Position numbers and translations under genes: made by a program
The notes under the pieces: model-generated
Seen by the model: the letters and a program-made list of their open reading frames with translations, nothing else
Told to the model about the DNA's origin: nothing
Databases searched by the model: none
NCBI GenBank assembly: GCA_963733035.1
Contig: CAVTBU010000006.1
Location: 672,001 to 736,000, forward strand
Source: Pirellulales bacterium
Lineage (GTDB): Bacteria; Planctomycetota; Planctomycetia; Pirellulales; PALSA-1355
Direction: 5' to 3'
Length of the DNA stretch: 64,000 nt
Shown: piece after piece, positions 13,029 through 22,616 of the stretch
Layout of the letters: each line of letters starts with the position of its first letter
Position numbering within the stretch: the first letter of the stretch is position 1

Positions 13029-13499
13029 TTACGACCCATTGAGGTCGCTTACTCGACGCTCCGCGACCTTTCGAACAGTCGATAGCTCGTGCGCCCAGCC
13101 ACCCGGCATGCCGTCGCGGTGTTCGGCAATTATCTGACCGATCGCGCGATGCTGGAGCGTCAACCGTGTTTTGTCGCCCTCGGGCGATAGACGATATTGT
13201 ACGTGGTTGACCGCCGGATACGACATGCACAGTGGTCCGCAGATCTCCAGCAGTAACGGCGGTTTGAACACCTGTACGTGTCCCCAGAAATGGCCCGCAT
13301 TGTCGCCCAAATCGCGATACCAGCGGCCTCCGGGCCAGGGTTCAATTCTCATTGGCAAGGGGGAATCCGGTCCGGTGGCGTTGTGAGGGCCGAGTTGTTC
13401 CAGGATTGCCTCGAAGACAATGTCTGGCGGGGCGGCGATCAGCTCCTCTTTGCAAATCTCCAGCGTGTGTACCGTTGTTTCGATGGTGCCCGCGGCCAT
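13029..13499 (-). CDS. SRPBCC domain protein (Aha1/AHSA1-like)
   Basis: IAAPPDIVFEA, EPWPGGRWYRD, TRLTLQH, GW..EL; GGAG RBS upstream. Confidence 0.85.
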   Translation of the reverse strand: MAAGTIETTVHTLEICKEELIAAPPDIVFEAILEQLGPHNATGPDSPLPMRIEPWPGGRWYRDLGDNAGHFWGHVQVFKPPLLLEICGPLCMSYPAVNHVQYRLSPEGDKTRLTLQHRAIGQIIAEHRDGMPGGWAHELSTVRKVAERRVSDLNGS

Positions 13500-13501
13500 G
13501 T

Positions 13502-13876
13502 TTATTGCTCCACGTCGTTGGAGGTTGCGTTGTTGTGCGACGACCGTTCGCGAGCCGTCCGTTCGGCTCGCTGTTTGATGCCTTCTAGTTGATGGCTCCA
13601 GTAGCGCTCGTACGTCTTGACCCATTGATGCACGGGCTTGAGCCGCTCGACTTCCAATCGGTAGAGCCGTCGCTGCCCTTGCTTGCTGACGGATACCAGT
13701 CCCACTTTTCGCAGCACACCGAGATGCTTGGAAACTGCTGGCTGCGGCATCCGCAAGTGGTCGACGAGCTCACCGACGGCATGCTGGCTTCCTCCCCGCA
13801 ACAGGTCGATGATCTGTCGTCGCCGGGGTTCGGCAATGGCCTGGAAAACATCGGCGCTTGCGGCGGTTCGTGGCAT
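13502..13876 (-). CDS. ArsR/SmtB-family transcriptional regulator
   Basis: DVFQAIAEPRRRQIIDLL...QPAVSKHLGVLRKVGLV...GQRRLYRL. Confidence 0.93.
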   Translation of the reverse strand: MPRTAASADVFQAIAEPRRRQIIDLLRGGSQHAVGELVDHLRMPQPAVSKHLGVLRKVGLVSVSKQGQRRLYRLEVERLKPVHQWVKTYERYWSHQLEGIKQRAERTARERSSHNNATSNDVEQ

Positions 13877-13882
13877 GTCGCC

Positions 13883-13910
13883 AGTATATGCCAATAATGG
13901 AATATATCAA
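13883..13910 (-). promoter_or_regulatory. Sigma70-like promoter overlapped by a palindromic ArsR operator; probably a leaderless transcript
   Basis: Minus strand reads TTGATA-N16-TATACT-N6-ATG. Imperfect inverted repeat TATATGCCA-N4-TGGAATATA at 13885-13906. Confidence 0.7.
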
Positions 13911-14244
13911 GTCCAGCCGCCAGTTTTCCATATGGGCGACCTTGTTCCGGCGCGCGGCGCGGCCCGGCGTGGGATTTCCAGTACGAGTTACGCCGCAGGA
14001 CGGGCATATTCCAGGCAGTGCGGTTCGTTGGTTGCCGCGCACCGCGGCCAATCCGCTAGCACCGGCGGCATGACCCGCCGAATACGCGCGAAGTGCCTTG
14101 CCGAAATGCCAAAAGGCCCCTGGTGGATTGGCCGATATTCCCTAGGTAGGCACTTCTTCGCTTCCGTCCGGGCCCGCATACCCCGATGGAAGCATCCGTT
14201 TCCCGCCACGTTCAAGGCGCGGACACATCATCGGGGATCCAGCA

Positions 14245-15195
14245 ATGCGCGTGATCAGCGTGACTCCCGCAGGCCGTCGTCGTTATTTGGCGGCGCTCGT
14301 GCCGCATTTGTTGGCGCAGCGCCACGTCATCGACGAGCACCATTGGTGGCTCAACACTAACGATCCAGATGACGCCCGCTACGTAGAGCAGATCACCGCC
14401 GAGCATCCGGACTTTTTCAGAATTTGCCAAAAGCCGGTACGGTCCGATTTAAACATTGGGCAGAACATCTGGCGGTTCTTTGCGGAGTACTGCGAGCCCG
14501 ACACATTGTACTTACGGTTCGACGACGACATCGTCTATATGGCTCCGGACGCCGTTGAAAACCTGGTGCGTTTTCGCCTGGCACATCGCGAACCAGTCGT
14601 TGTGCTCGGCAACGTCGTCAACAACGGAGTCTGTTCGCATTTCCTGCAACAAGCTGGCCTCATACCACGAACCTGGGGTGAAGTAGAGAATTTCTGTCTG
14701 GACGGAAACGGTTGGGCGTGCGGCGAGTTTGCCTGCAAGCTTCATGGCCTGTTTCTCGACGAACTGCGTTGCGGAAACTGGGAACGCTGGAAACTTACAG
14801 ACCTGCCCGTCGACGGACGGCGTCGGTTCTCGGTCAATGTCGTGTCGTGGCTGGGAGAGGATCTTTGCCGCGTGCCGGAGGTTCATGGCGGGGTCGTCGA
14901 CGAGGAGTTGTTCTTGACGGTCGAGTTGCCGCGCCGCCTTGGCCGCTCGAATGCGGCTTGCGGCGACGCATTGTTTGCGCATTTCGCCTTCTTTACGCAG
15001 CGACCTTACCTTGAGTGGACTTGGCCACAGTTGATTGGCCACTACCAGGAAATCGCTCAGCGCCGCCAAACGGCGCCGTCATGGAACGAGCCGGCCCTCA
15101 CGCTGCTGCGGCACACGGCCTGGCGTTACGGCAAGCACGTGCGCAAGCTACGCCACAGCATTGAAAAGCGCAAGCAACGCCGCATGGCGGCGTAG
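14245..15195 (+). CDS. Putative GT-A fold glycosyltransferase-like protein
   Basis: VISVTPAGRRRYL N-terminus, YLRFDDDIVYM (DxD-like), late DEE and HFAFFTQR. Confidence 0.6.
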   Translation: MRVISVTPAGRRRYLAALVPHLLAQRHVIDEHHWWLNTNDPDDARYVEQITAEHPDFFRICQKPVRSDLNIGQNIWRFFAEYCEPDTLYLRFDDDIVYMAPDAVENLVRFRLAHREPVVVLGNVVNNGVCSHFLQQAGLIPRTWGEVENFCLDGNGWACGEFACKLHGLFLDELRCGNWERWKLTDLPVDGRRRFSVNVVSWLGEDLCRVPEVHGGVVDEELFLTVELPRRLGRSNAACGDALFAHFAFFTQRPYLEWTWPQLIGHYQEIAQRRQTAPSWNEPALTLLRHTAWRYGKHVRKLRHSIEKRKQRRMAA

Positions 15196-15197
15196 GC

Positions 15198-16745
15198 CTA
15201 GCGACTCGCTTTTGCGTTTTCCACTGGCCGAGGCGATGTGAACGGTGGTTTGGCCTCCGGCACCTTTGCCAACTCGGCCCGCAACTCTGCTACCAATGCT
15301 GGGCGTGATGAAGCGAGGTTCTGAGTCTCTTCCGGATCGCACTGATAGTCGTAGAGTTCCAGGTCGGAAGTATCCGCGGGCGCGCCCGGGTTCTTCCACT
15401 CCACCAGGCGATAGCGCGCCGTGCGCACGGCGCGACCTACCAGCGTCCCCTTGCCGCGTGGATTTCTGGGATATGCATGAAAGACGGCGGTTTTGGATGT
15501 CGTCTCGGGGTTGCACAACACGGACACGAGACTTTGGCCGTCGAGCGCTTGCATGGACGGCGTCGGCAGCCCGGCCAGTTCACAAAGAGTTGGATAAATG
15601 TCGACCGACTCGGCCAACGACGTGGTTCTGGTTCCGGGCTTGGCAAAGCCCGGAGCCACGATGAGCAGCGGAATGTGAGCGGCCTGTTCGTAGTTGGTGT
15701 GCTTGCACCAAATACCATGGTCGCCCAGGTGCCAGCCGTGATCGCCCCACAATACGATCACCGTGTTGTCCGCCAATTTGAGCCGATCAAGCTCGTCAAC
15801 CACGCGGCCTAGTTGGGCGTCCATGTAGCTTACGGCGGCATAGTAGCCGTGGATCAGGGTCCGCTGCAGCTCGTCGGGAACAGGACCCTGCTTCGGAATT
15901 CCGGCATATTGCCGCAGCTCACCGCCAAACTGCGGCGCGTAGGAGGGCGCGCCGTCTGGAGGCGTACGACGGGAGGCCAGGTTGAAGTCTTCCCGACGAT
16001 ATTGATCCCAGTATTTCGCCGGTGCACAAAAGGGGAGGTGCGGTTTGACAAAACCGATCGCCATGAAGAAGGGCTGCCCGGGCCGCGTGGCTGCGGCTTG
16101 CAGGCGGCGGATCGCTTCATCGGCCAGGATGCCGTCTGGATATGCGTTGTCTGGCACTTCGGCACGTTCGTAAGCGGCCCCTCTCGGCAGACCTCGCGCC
16201 GATCGATTGGCGAACAAGGCCTCCTCGCGAGTCAATTCACCGCCGGCTCGGCTTTCCGGCAGTACATAGGCCACAACGTTCGCCTTCCAGTGCGGCACCG
16301 ACCAGGATTCCGGATCTTCGTGATTGCCATGGCCCACGTGAAAGATTTTACCCAAGCCTTCGCTTTGGTAGCCATGTTGCTTGAACCACTGCGGCAGTGC
16401 AATCGCGTCTGGAGTGGCCTGGCGAAAGTTCGTGCCGAGATCGTAAATGCCGGTTGTCTGTGGTCGCAATCCCGTGAGCAGTGCATTGCGCGACGGTGCG
16501 CAAACAGCTTGATTACAATAGGTCCGCTCGAAGAGCAAACCACGCGAGGCCAGCCGGTTGATGTTCGGGGAGCGTGCCAATGCATCTCCGTAGCAGCCGA
16601 GCGCTGGCTTGAGGTCATCGACACAGATCAAGAGGATGTTTGGATGCGGCTTTTCAACGGCGACGGCGAACGCGACGGATATTCCAAGGCCGTTTACTAG
16701 CGCAAAGCCAAGTAGGAAAACCCAACGGCGTCTATGGAGCATCAT
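15198..16745 (-). CDS. Iduronate-2-sulfatase-like sulfatase
   Basis: PNILLICVDDLKP, CAPSR, GKIFH, GFVKPHLPF, WGDHGWHLGDHG, LYDY..DPEE. Confidence 0.92.
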   Translation of the reverse strand: MMLHRRRWVFLLGFALVNGLGISVAFAVAVEKPHPNILLICVDDLKPALGCYGDALARSPNINRLASRGLLFERTYCNQAVCAPSRNALLTGLRPQTTGIYDLGTNFRQATPDAIALPQWFKQHGYQSEGLGKIFHVGHGNHEDPESWSVPHWKANVVAYVLPESRAGGELTREEALFANRSARGLPRGAAYERAEVPDNAYPDGILADEAIRRLQAAATRPGQPFFMAIGFVKPHLPFCAPAKYWDQYRREDFNLASRRTPPDGAPSYAPQFGGELRQYAGIPKQGPVPDELQRTLIHGYYAAVSYMDAQLGRVVDELDRLKLADNTVIVLWGDHGWHLGDHGIWCKHTNYEQAAHIPLLIVAPGFAKPGTRTTSLAESVDIYPTLCELAGLPTPSMQALDGQSLVSVLCNPETTSKTAVFHAYPRNPRGKGTLVGRAVRTARYRLVEWKNPGAPADTSDLELYDYQCDPEETQNLASSRPALVAELRAELAKVPEAKPPFTSPRPVENAKASR

Positions 16746-16790
16746 TTCACCTTCCAGTCCGGCTAGCGGCGAGACGCGTGCCATTGTAGC

Positions 16791-17549
16791 TCACTGCACT
16801 ATCAAGGGCCGACCAGGTGTTTCGATCTGCTGCATATATTTTGGATTGGAATGCGCGCCACTGAGCGTGCGAACGAGGGGGCACGTGCTCTTCGCGTCCT
16901 TTCCGCGCCGATAGGACTCCAGCAGTTCCTTCGATTTCTGCGCGAGCATTCGACGAACTTCGCGGCGTTTGCCTTTGGTGCGAGGAATAGTCATCGCGTC
17001 GTAGGCTGTGGTCTGGTGTCTCAGCCAGGCAATGACCGCCGCCTCGGCTCGCTTTTCGACCGGGATTCGCTTGGTGCGGGCCACCGTGCCGCTGCCAACG
17101 GGCGTCGCGTGCAACGTAACGGCGCGGGCCAGCCGTTGCGCCAACTTCTGGTATCGGTTGTGAAATGCGAGATACGCCATCACGGCATGGAAAAAGTCTT
17201 CGACGTATTCGGCCTGAGCCCGACGGCGGCGCTCGGCATCGGCCTGTCGCCGTTTGGCGTAGCTCGCCGTGGAACGTTCCGCGAACAGTTGCTTGCGAAT
17301 TCGCTCAATTAGTTCCGCGGGCGCCCACAACCCGTGCGAGTACACCCGGCCTCCCTTGTTCTCTTGCACCCGCCAATGTGGGCCGGCAAGTTTGACCCGT
17401 CGGGTCAATGCGGCATCACCCGGCGGCAGGTGAACCCAGTCGGCCGGCACGCTCAGAACGGCACCGCGCCGATCGCGCACCGTTCGAGCCCGGGGCCCGG
17501 GCGAAAAACTCTCCACGGCTGGTTGTGATTTCAACGCCGTACTCCCCAT
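16791..17549 (-). CDS. DUF2293 domain-containing protein
   Basis: LPPGDAALTRRVK, HATPVGSGTVART, AVIAWLRHQTTAYD; basic and Arg-rich. Confidence 0.8.
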   Translation of the reverse strand: MGSTALKSQPAVESFSPGPRARTVRDRRGAVLSVPADWVHLPPGDAALTRRVKLAGPHWRVQENKGGRVYSHGLWAPAELIERIRKQLFAERSTASYAKRRQADAERRRRAQAEYVEDFFHAVMAYLAFHNRYQKLAQRLARAVTLHATPVGSGTVARTKRIPVEKRAEAAVIAWLRHQTTAYDAMTIPRTKGKRREVRRMLAQKSKELLESYRRGKDAKSTCPLVRTLSGAHSNPKYMQQIETPGRPLIVQ

Positions 17550-17650
17550 CAGTGCGCGTTGCTGCCGATCATCAAGTTGGCAATCATACGAGGCGCCCTG
17601 GCTCAAATTCAAGCAATTCCGTGGCAACGGGTGACCATCACGCGGCACCT

Positions 17651-18295
17651 TCAAGAAGCCGGTTTGCTTGGTGCCGTCGGCTCAAAAGCCGCGGCGGCCA
17701 GCCGACGGGCGTGATTGCGTACGTCGGTGGGCCAGGTTTCGGTGAGCTCGTGGAATTTTTCCGCGTTGGGAGCAAACAGGGCCCGCGTCACCTCCTCAAA
17801 CCCCGGCAGGTTTCCCGCCAGTGCGTGCAGAAACCGGTAGGCAGCCTCTTGACCGCGACGAATTGCGTCAGCCGTTTGCCGCGAGCGACGAGCGTCGTCC
17901 ACCAGCTTGCGCAAGGCAACCGAGGCTCCGCCGGGCTGCGCGCTGAGCCATTCCCAATGCCGGGGGAGCAGTGTGACCTCGCGCGCCACCACGCCCAGCT
18001 TTGGCCGGCCACGGCCCCGCGGGGTGGAGTCCGTAGCACCTTTAGCGTGCCGCCCCGCCGAGTCGACGCTTGAGCGCGTCTCCGGCAGCTCCAGTCGACG
18101 TAGGACGTCTCCCAATGGGCCGCGAAAGTCGACCTCCAAAAGTTCGCTGGTGGTTTCGTCAAAAACGAGCACTGGCGCCCGCTCTCCGCGTTCAAGCACG
18201 GCCTTGGTCTTGGCGACCACGTTCTTGATTTCGCCCGATGCGATCCGCTCGAACCCTTCAAAAGCAATACAGTGGCTAGATGCCGTTGGGTGCAT
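17651..18295 (-). CDS. DUF2239 family protein
   Basis: GRGRPKLGVVAREVTLLPRHWEWLSAQPGGASVALRKLVD and AGNLPGFEE; GAGG RBS. Confidence 0.88.
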   Translation of the reverse strand: MHPTASSHCIAFEGFERIASGEIKNVVAKTKAVLERGERAPVLVFDETTSELLEVDFRGPLGDVLRRLELPETRSSVDSAGRHAKGATDSTPRGRGRPKLGVVAREVTLLPRHWEWLSAQPGGASVALRKLVDDARRSRQTADAIRRGQEAAYRFLHALAGNLPGFEEVTRALFAPNAEKFHELTETWPTDVRNHARRLAAAAFEPTAPSKPAS

Positions 18296-18333
18296 GGCGT
18301 GCGATTCCTCGGTTGAATGGGAGTTTCCTGGAG

Positions 18334-18375
18334 TTTTACCCGGATATAAATTATCGTCAATAGTCCCGGGTAAAA
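18334..18375. promoter_or_regulatory. Inverted-repeat operator overlapping the probable DUF2239 promoter
   Basis: Perfect 10-bp inverted repeat TTTTACCCGG (18334-18343) / CCGGGTAAAA (18366-18375). It flanks a minus-strand TTGACG -35 box (18355-18360) in an AT-rich patch. Confidence 0.65.
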
Positions 18376-18554
18376 TTAAGAAACTTCGCCGGTTGATTGC
18401 CAACCTCGGTGTCGCCGTGCGGATCGGCTCCCATCGAACACGGCCAGCGAGATCACTCGAATCGCATCCATCGAGGCCCAATTGATGCAGCTGCGCGGAT
18501 TCGTCGGCAAGCGAGCCTTAGATTCGGAGATGGATTCACCCCCCCCCCGCTACG

Positions 18555-19796
18555 CTAACTTGCGCTCAAATCAACGGCTGAAGCATAGAGGAAGAAGAGC
18601 AGCGTGCCGATCAAGATCAGCACGGTGAGCCACGAATTTTTGTAACGGCTGCCGACCCAATCGGCTCGTCCGTTGAGCACCAGCAGCACGACGGCCAGCA
18701 TGGGTACGAACGCGGCCCCCACAACGGCATAGGATTGCTGCACCAGACGAAAATTGGTGCCCGCCATCCCTAGGATTGGCACTACCGCGATCGCATACAG
18801 ATAGCCGCGGTAGGGGAGGCTCGACGTATCGACCCTTTCGTGATGCCGCTCTCCGCCGCGCATCCGCCACAGGTCGGCGAACAAGTAGGGCACGCTTTGC
18901 CACACGCCAAACAGGCTGCTGAATACCGCGCCCCAAGCTCCGGCCAAAAAAGCCCATCGGGCCAGCGGGCCGGCGTGACCAAAGGTTAATTTCAATTTCT
19001 GCGACATTTCGACAACCAATGTCGCTCCGCCGCCGGGAAGTTCGCCAAGAGAATTGCCGATGATGACCATTGCCAGACCGAACAGAGCCGTCGCCGCGTA
19101 GCCCGCCGCCAGATCGACGCGACAGGTTGTAAGATCTTCGACGCTGGTGCGATTTTCCTCGCGAATCCAGTAGCCATAGCACAGAATGGTGACCGTTCCG
19201 CCCACGCCGCCCAAAAGCGCGATCGTCCAAACCGCTCCGCCCGTGGGGATTCTCGGAACTAGTAAACCACGGATCATGTCTATCGGGTCGGGGCGTAGTG
19301 CGACTGCCGTCACCAGTACGACGACGAACATCACCGCGATACAAACGCTCATCACTCTTTCGAAAAGCTTGTATCCTCCGATCTGGACCAGCGCCACGGC
19401 GACCAGGCTGTGCAGCACGCCGTAGATGATTTTGTCGCGAGCAGCCGAATCGGTCAGCGGGTAGATGGCATGGCATGTCACGCCGACCGCTCCCATCAAT
19501 GCCGCGGCGACAAAATAGCTCCAAACGAACAAGTAGGCCAGGAAGAACCAGCGAGCCGGTCGTCCAAGCCGTTCCACACAACCCTCGATGAGCGTGCTCC
19601 CGGTGGCCAATTGCCAGCGTGTGAGCCCCTCGTTCAGCACGAACTTCAGAAAGGCGCCTAGCACGGCAGCCCACAGAATAGCCAGACCAAGGGTGCTGCC
19701 GGCAAACGATGCCGTTGCCAAATCGCCGGCGCCAACGCCGGTGGCGGCAACTAAGATTCCCGGTCCGAACGACCGCAGCAAGGTCTTAGCGTTCAT
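18555..19796 (-). CDS. NRAMP-family divalent metal transporter-like protein
   Basis: FGPGILVAATGVGAGDL N-terminal motif; about 11 TM helices. Confidence 0.82.
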   Translation of the reverse strand: MNAKTLLRSFGPGILVAATGVGAGDLATASFAGSTLGLAILWAAVLGAFLKFVLNEGLTRWQLATGSTLIEGCVERLGRPARWFFLAYLFVWSYFVAAALMGAVGVTCHAIYPLTDSAARDKIIYGVLHSLVAVALVQIGGYKLFERVMSVCIAVMFVVVLVTAVALRPDPIDMIRGLLVPRIPTGGAVWTIALLGGVGGTVTILCYGYWIREENRTSVEDLTTCRVDLAAGYAATALFGLAMVIIGNSLGELPGGGATLVVEMSQKLKLTFGHAGPLARWAFLAGAWGAVFSSLFGVWQSVPYLFADLWRMRGGERHHERVDTSSLPYRGYLYAIAVVPILGMAGTNFRLVQQSYAVVGAAFVPMLAVVLLVLNGRADWVGSRYKNSWLTVLILIGTLLFFLYASAVDLSAS

Positions 19797-20017
19797 GGAG
19801 CCCCTTTTGACAGAGTAGTAGAACCGGTGCCGGCTCCGTTATAAGCTGTCCGTTCACTCAGTAACATCGCAATGGGACAGCACGGCCGTCGTGGCCCGAC
19901 GTTCGTGCCGAGGAACCGCCGGCGTGGAGCAACCACCTCGAATTTTGCCCCCCTTTACATACTTGCCGAGCTAGGAGCTCTGCCACTTACGGTCCGCAAG
20001 CCGAGGACGATGGGGCG

Positions 20018-21163
20018 CTAAGAATTGCGAGAAGGCTCAGGGTCTGAAGGTTGAGTGCGGTGCGACGAGTCGCCATTGTCGGGTACCGATTCCGGACTTT
20101 GGTTTTGCTGAAGTGTTGAGAGCGCTTGCTTTTGCTCGGTGGTTAGAAGTCCCAAGCTTCGGCGGCCCAAGATCAGTTGCGGATCGTCTTCGCCGATCAC
20201 CTCCGACAGCGACTTCGCGGCAGTTCGGCTCTCGACCATCAACCGGCGCAAACGCATCCGTTGAGCTTCTGTTAGCCCGAGTTGCCGGGAGATGTCAGGC
20301 CTCAAGAGGAAATCGGGTTGCGCAGAGCGGATGATGCCCCGGTCCAACTTGATGTTCGGCAGATGAGACAACTTGGGTGCCTCGGCCGCTTTGCGCGCAC
20401 CCTTTAACAGACCAGGCGGTACCGAAGGGAGCCGCAATTTTCCAAGCTGGCGATTGCGCGTCTCGCTCGAGGCGGAACCTCGCTTTGTCTTCTTGTCCGT
20501 GCCCGTCGGTTTCCAAGGTTCTCGTGAGTCGGGTTCCGATCCGATTGACCGACGATGCTTCTCCACTTCGTGTTTGAGTGACAGAACGGCTTTTGGCGCT
20601 AATTCGAGAGGATTGCGTATCTTTGCCACGCGGGCTTCGGAGTGACTGCCGTCTATTGGATTCAGCGGCCTGGATTGATTGAGCGCGTAGAGAATTCCTC
20701 CGCCGATCACACACAAACCCGCAACAATCGCAACGGCGGACCCCAACATCGACTGCGTGAGTGCAAACATGCGCGGCCGACGAAGCAGCGTCATGCTTCC
20801 TTTGCACTGCCGGGCCATCTCCCACGTTTCGTCGTCTGAAATGCGTTTCAGACCCAGCCGGGTGCGGCTGGTCAGGTGACAGCCTTCGAACCTTTCGACA
20901 CCTACGTCCTCCATGTCAATGAAAACGACGAGGACCTTGAACCACTCGTCACCGACGTGCAGCATGAGCATGTCGCCCGCTCTGCAGTCCGCGATGTGAT
21001 CAAACTCGACCGCGAAGCCACCGGCCGATTCGTCGACCACCACGACCGGAAACGGTATTTCACCGATCTTAAGCTGGCCGTCGCGCCGGATTCCGCTTAC
21101 TGGGAAGCGAAACGCCGCACGACGTTCGGGTGGAGCTGCACGCTTGCGACGGGAGCGAGACAT
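20018..21163 (-). CDS. Membrane protein with an N-terminal PilZ-like domain
   Basis: ERRAAFR (RxxxR) and VDESAGG (DxSxxG) motifs, one TM helix, and a helical C-terminal region (LGLTEAQR..LTTEQK). Confidence 0.6.
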   Translation of the reverse strand: MSRSRRKRAAPPERRAAFRFPVSGIRRDGQLKIGEIPFPVVVVDESAGGFAVEFDHIADCRAGDMLMLHVGDEWFKVLVVFIDMEDVGVERFEGCHLTSRTRLGLKRISDDETWEMARQCKGSMTLLRRPRMFALTQSMLGSAVAIVAGLCVIGGGILYALNQSRPLNPIDGSHSEARVAKIRNPLELAPKAVLSLKHEVEKHRRSIGSEPDSREPWKPTGTDKKTKRGSASSETRNRQLGKLRLPSVPPGLLKGARKAAEAPKLSHLPNIKLDRGIIRSAQPDFLLRPDISRQLGLTEAQRMRLRRLMVESRTAAKSLSEVIGEDDPQLILGRRSLGLLTTEQKQALSTLQQNQSPESVPDNGDSSHRTQPSDPEPSRNS

Positions 21164-21557
21164 GGGCCGGTTCGATGCAAAGTGAATGCCAGCAGTGATT
21201 TCTAAGGATTGCAAAGGGCGAGAGCATTGCTGCTCTATTTGAAAGGATAGGCCAAGAAGGCATTACCGACGGTGCGGTGGTAACGATTTTCAGGGTTCCG
21301 ACTGGCGCCAACGTGGAACGTCGCCGGTGAGAGCGGAGGCTCCGTCCGCGAACTGACATCACAGCTTAGATCGGAAACCATGCGTCCAGGTCGGAGTGGA
21401 TTAAGAATTCGCCTTCGAGTGCTCCGCGAGCAACGGATTCTGGTGGTGGGGTTAGGATACTACCTGATCCCATGCGGGTTAGACGCGGCGGAGATGGGGA
21501 AAGTTCCCCGACAACAAGGCACGAGACGAGCCCGAAAGATTTCCCAATCGGAGGGCG

Positions 21558-22616
21558 TTAGGCGCGCATTCGTCCGGTGAATGCCATCAGTTGAGCCTGG
21601 GCTTGTTTATAGGCTGGGTCGCGCAACCGCTGGCTTGCCCCCAGTAGCGAGAGACTCGTACTGTCCACATTGAATCCGAGCTGATTGCCTAGCATCCGAC
21701 GGCGTTTCATGATCGCGTATTTGAGCCTGCGATTGCCCAACAGGCCCAGCATCCCCAAGACGTATCCGCCCGGATAGAAAGGCGCCGTGCGCGTGGCCAG
21801 GGCGAAATACGCCATCGCCGTTTCGTGGAGGCCGAGAATGGCATTCTTCGCGCCGTGGGAGCAGAACGAGCGAGCGCGTTCCACAGCGGACAAACCGCGA
21901 AATTCACGGCCCTGCATGATATGGCGCTGAACCGCGAGCTCGGCGTTGAGCGCTTGCAGGCGGTTCGAGGCAATGGTCATCGATTCGTGATGCCGATAAC
22001 ACATCAGAGGTTCATCGACAAATTGAAAGTGCCAGTTGCCGGCCAACCGTCGCCAGAAGTCGTAGTCTTCGGCACAATGCATGCTCGTGTCAAAGCGAAC
22101 GCCGCTCAGGCATTGACGCCGCACCATCGACGACACGGTGAGAAAGCAGCGACGCGAAAGTTCCGCCAACACCATTCCTGAAGGGCGTAGCCCTGGCATC
22201 GCTTCCGAGTAAAGTTCGACTGCATCCCCCCGGTCGTTGACGATCAATGCGTCGGAATAGACCACGCCGATTCTGGTATCCTTGACTAGCGCGGCAGCGC
22301 AAGTCTCGAGATTTGTCGGCAGCAGCATGTCGTCAGAATCGAGAAACATGATTGCGTCGCCACGAGCCTGGTCAAGGCCGACATTACGCGCGACCGAGCG
22401 ACCGCGGTTCGGTTGACGAATCACTCGCACGGACGGTCCATACCCGGCCAATATTTCAGGTGTCTCGTCAGTCGAGCCGTCATCAATGACAAGAATTTCA
22501 TAGGGAGGATGCGATTGGTTCAGTGCGCTATCCACCGCGTCGCGGATGTATTTCGCGCGATTGAACGTGGGAATGATAACGGTGACTTTCAAGTCGGCCG
22601 GTGAATTCATGGACAT
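21558..22616 (-). CDS. Glycosyltransferase family 2
   Basis: VTVIIPTFNR, VIDDGSTD, ARNVGL, FLDSDD, AEDYDF. Confidence 0.93.
   Translation of the reverse strand: MSMNSPADLKVTVIIPTFNRAKYIRDAVDSALNQSHPPYEILVIDDGSTDETPEILAGYGPSVRVIRQPNRGRSVARNVGLDQARGDAIMFLDSDDMLLPTNLETCAAALVKDTRIGVVYSDALIVNDRGDAVELYSEAMPGLRPSGMVLAELSRRCFLTVSSMVRRQCLSGVRFDTSMHCAEDYDFWRRLAGNWHFQFVDEPLMCYRHHESMTIASNRLQALNAELAVQRHIMQGREFRGLSAVERARSFCSHGAKNAILGLHETAMAYFALATRTAPFYPGGYVLGMLGLLGNRRLKYAIMKRRRMLGNQLGFNVDSTSLSLLGASQRLRDPAYKQAQAQLMAFTGRMRA

Noticed and set aside
18539..18548. C10 homopolymer as a phase-variation switch
   Set aside because: It is intergenic, just past the NRAMP stop and far from the next promoter.
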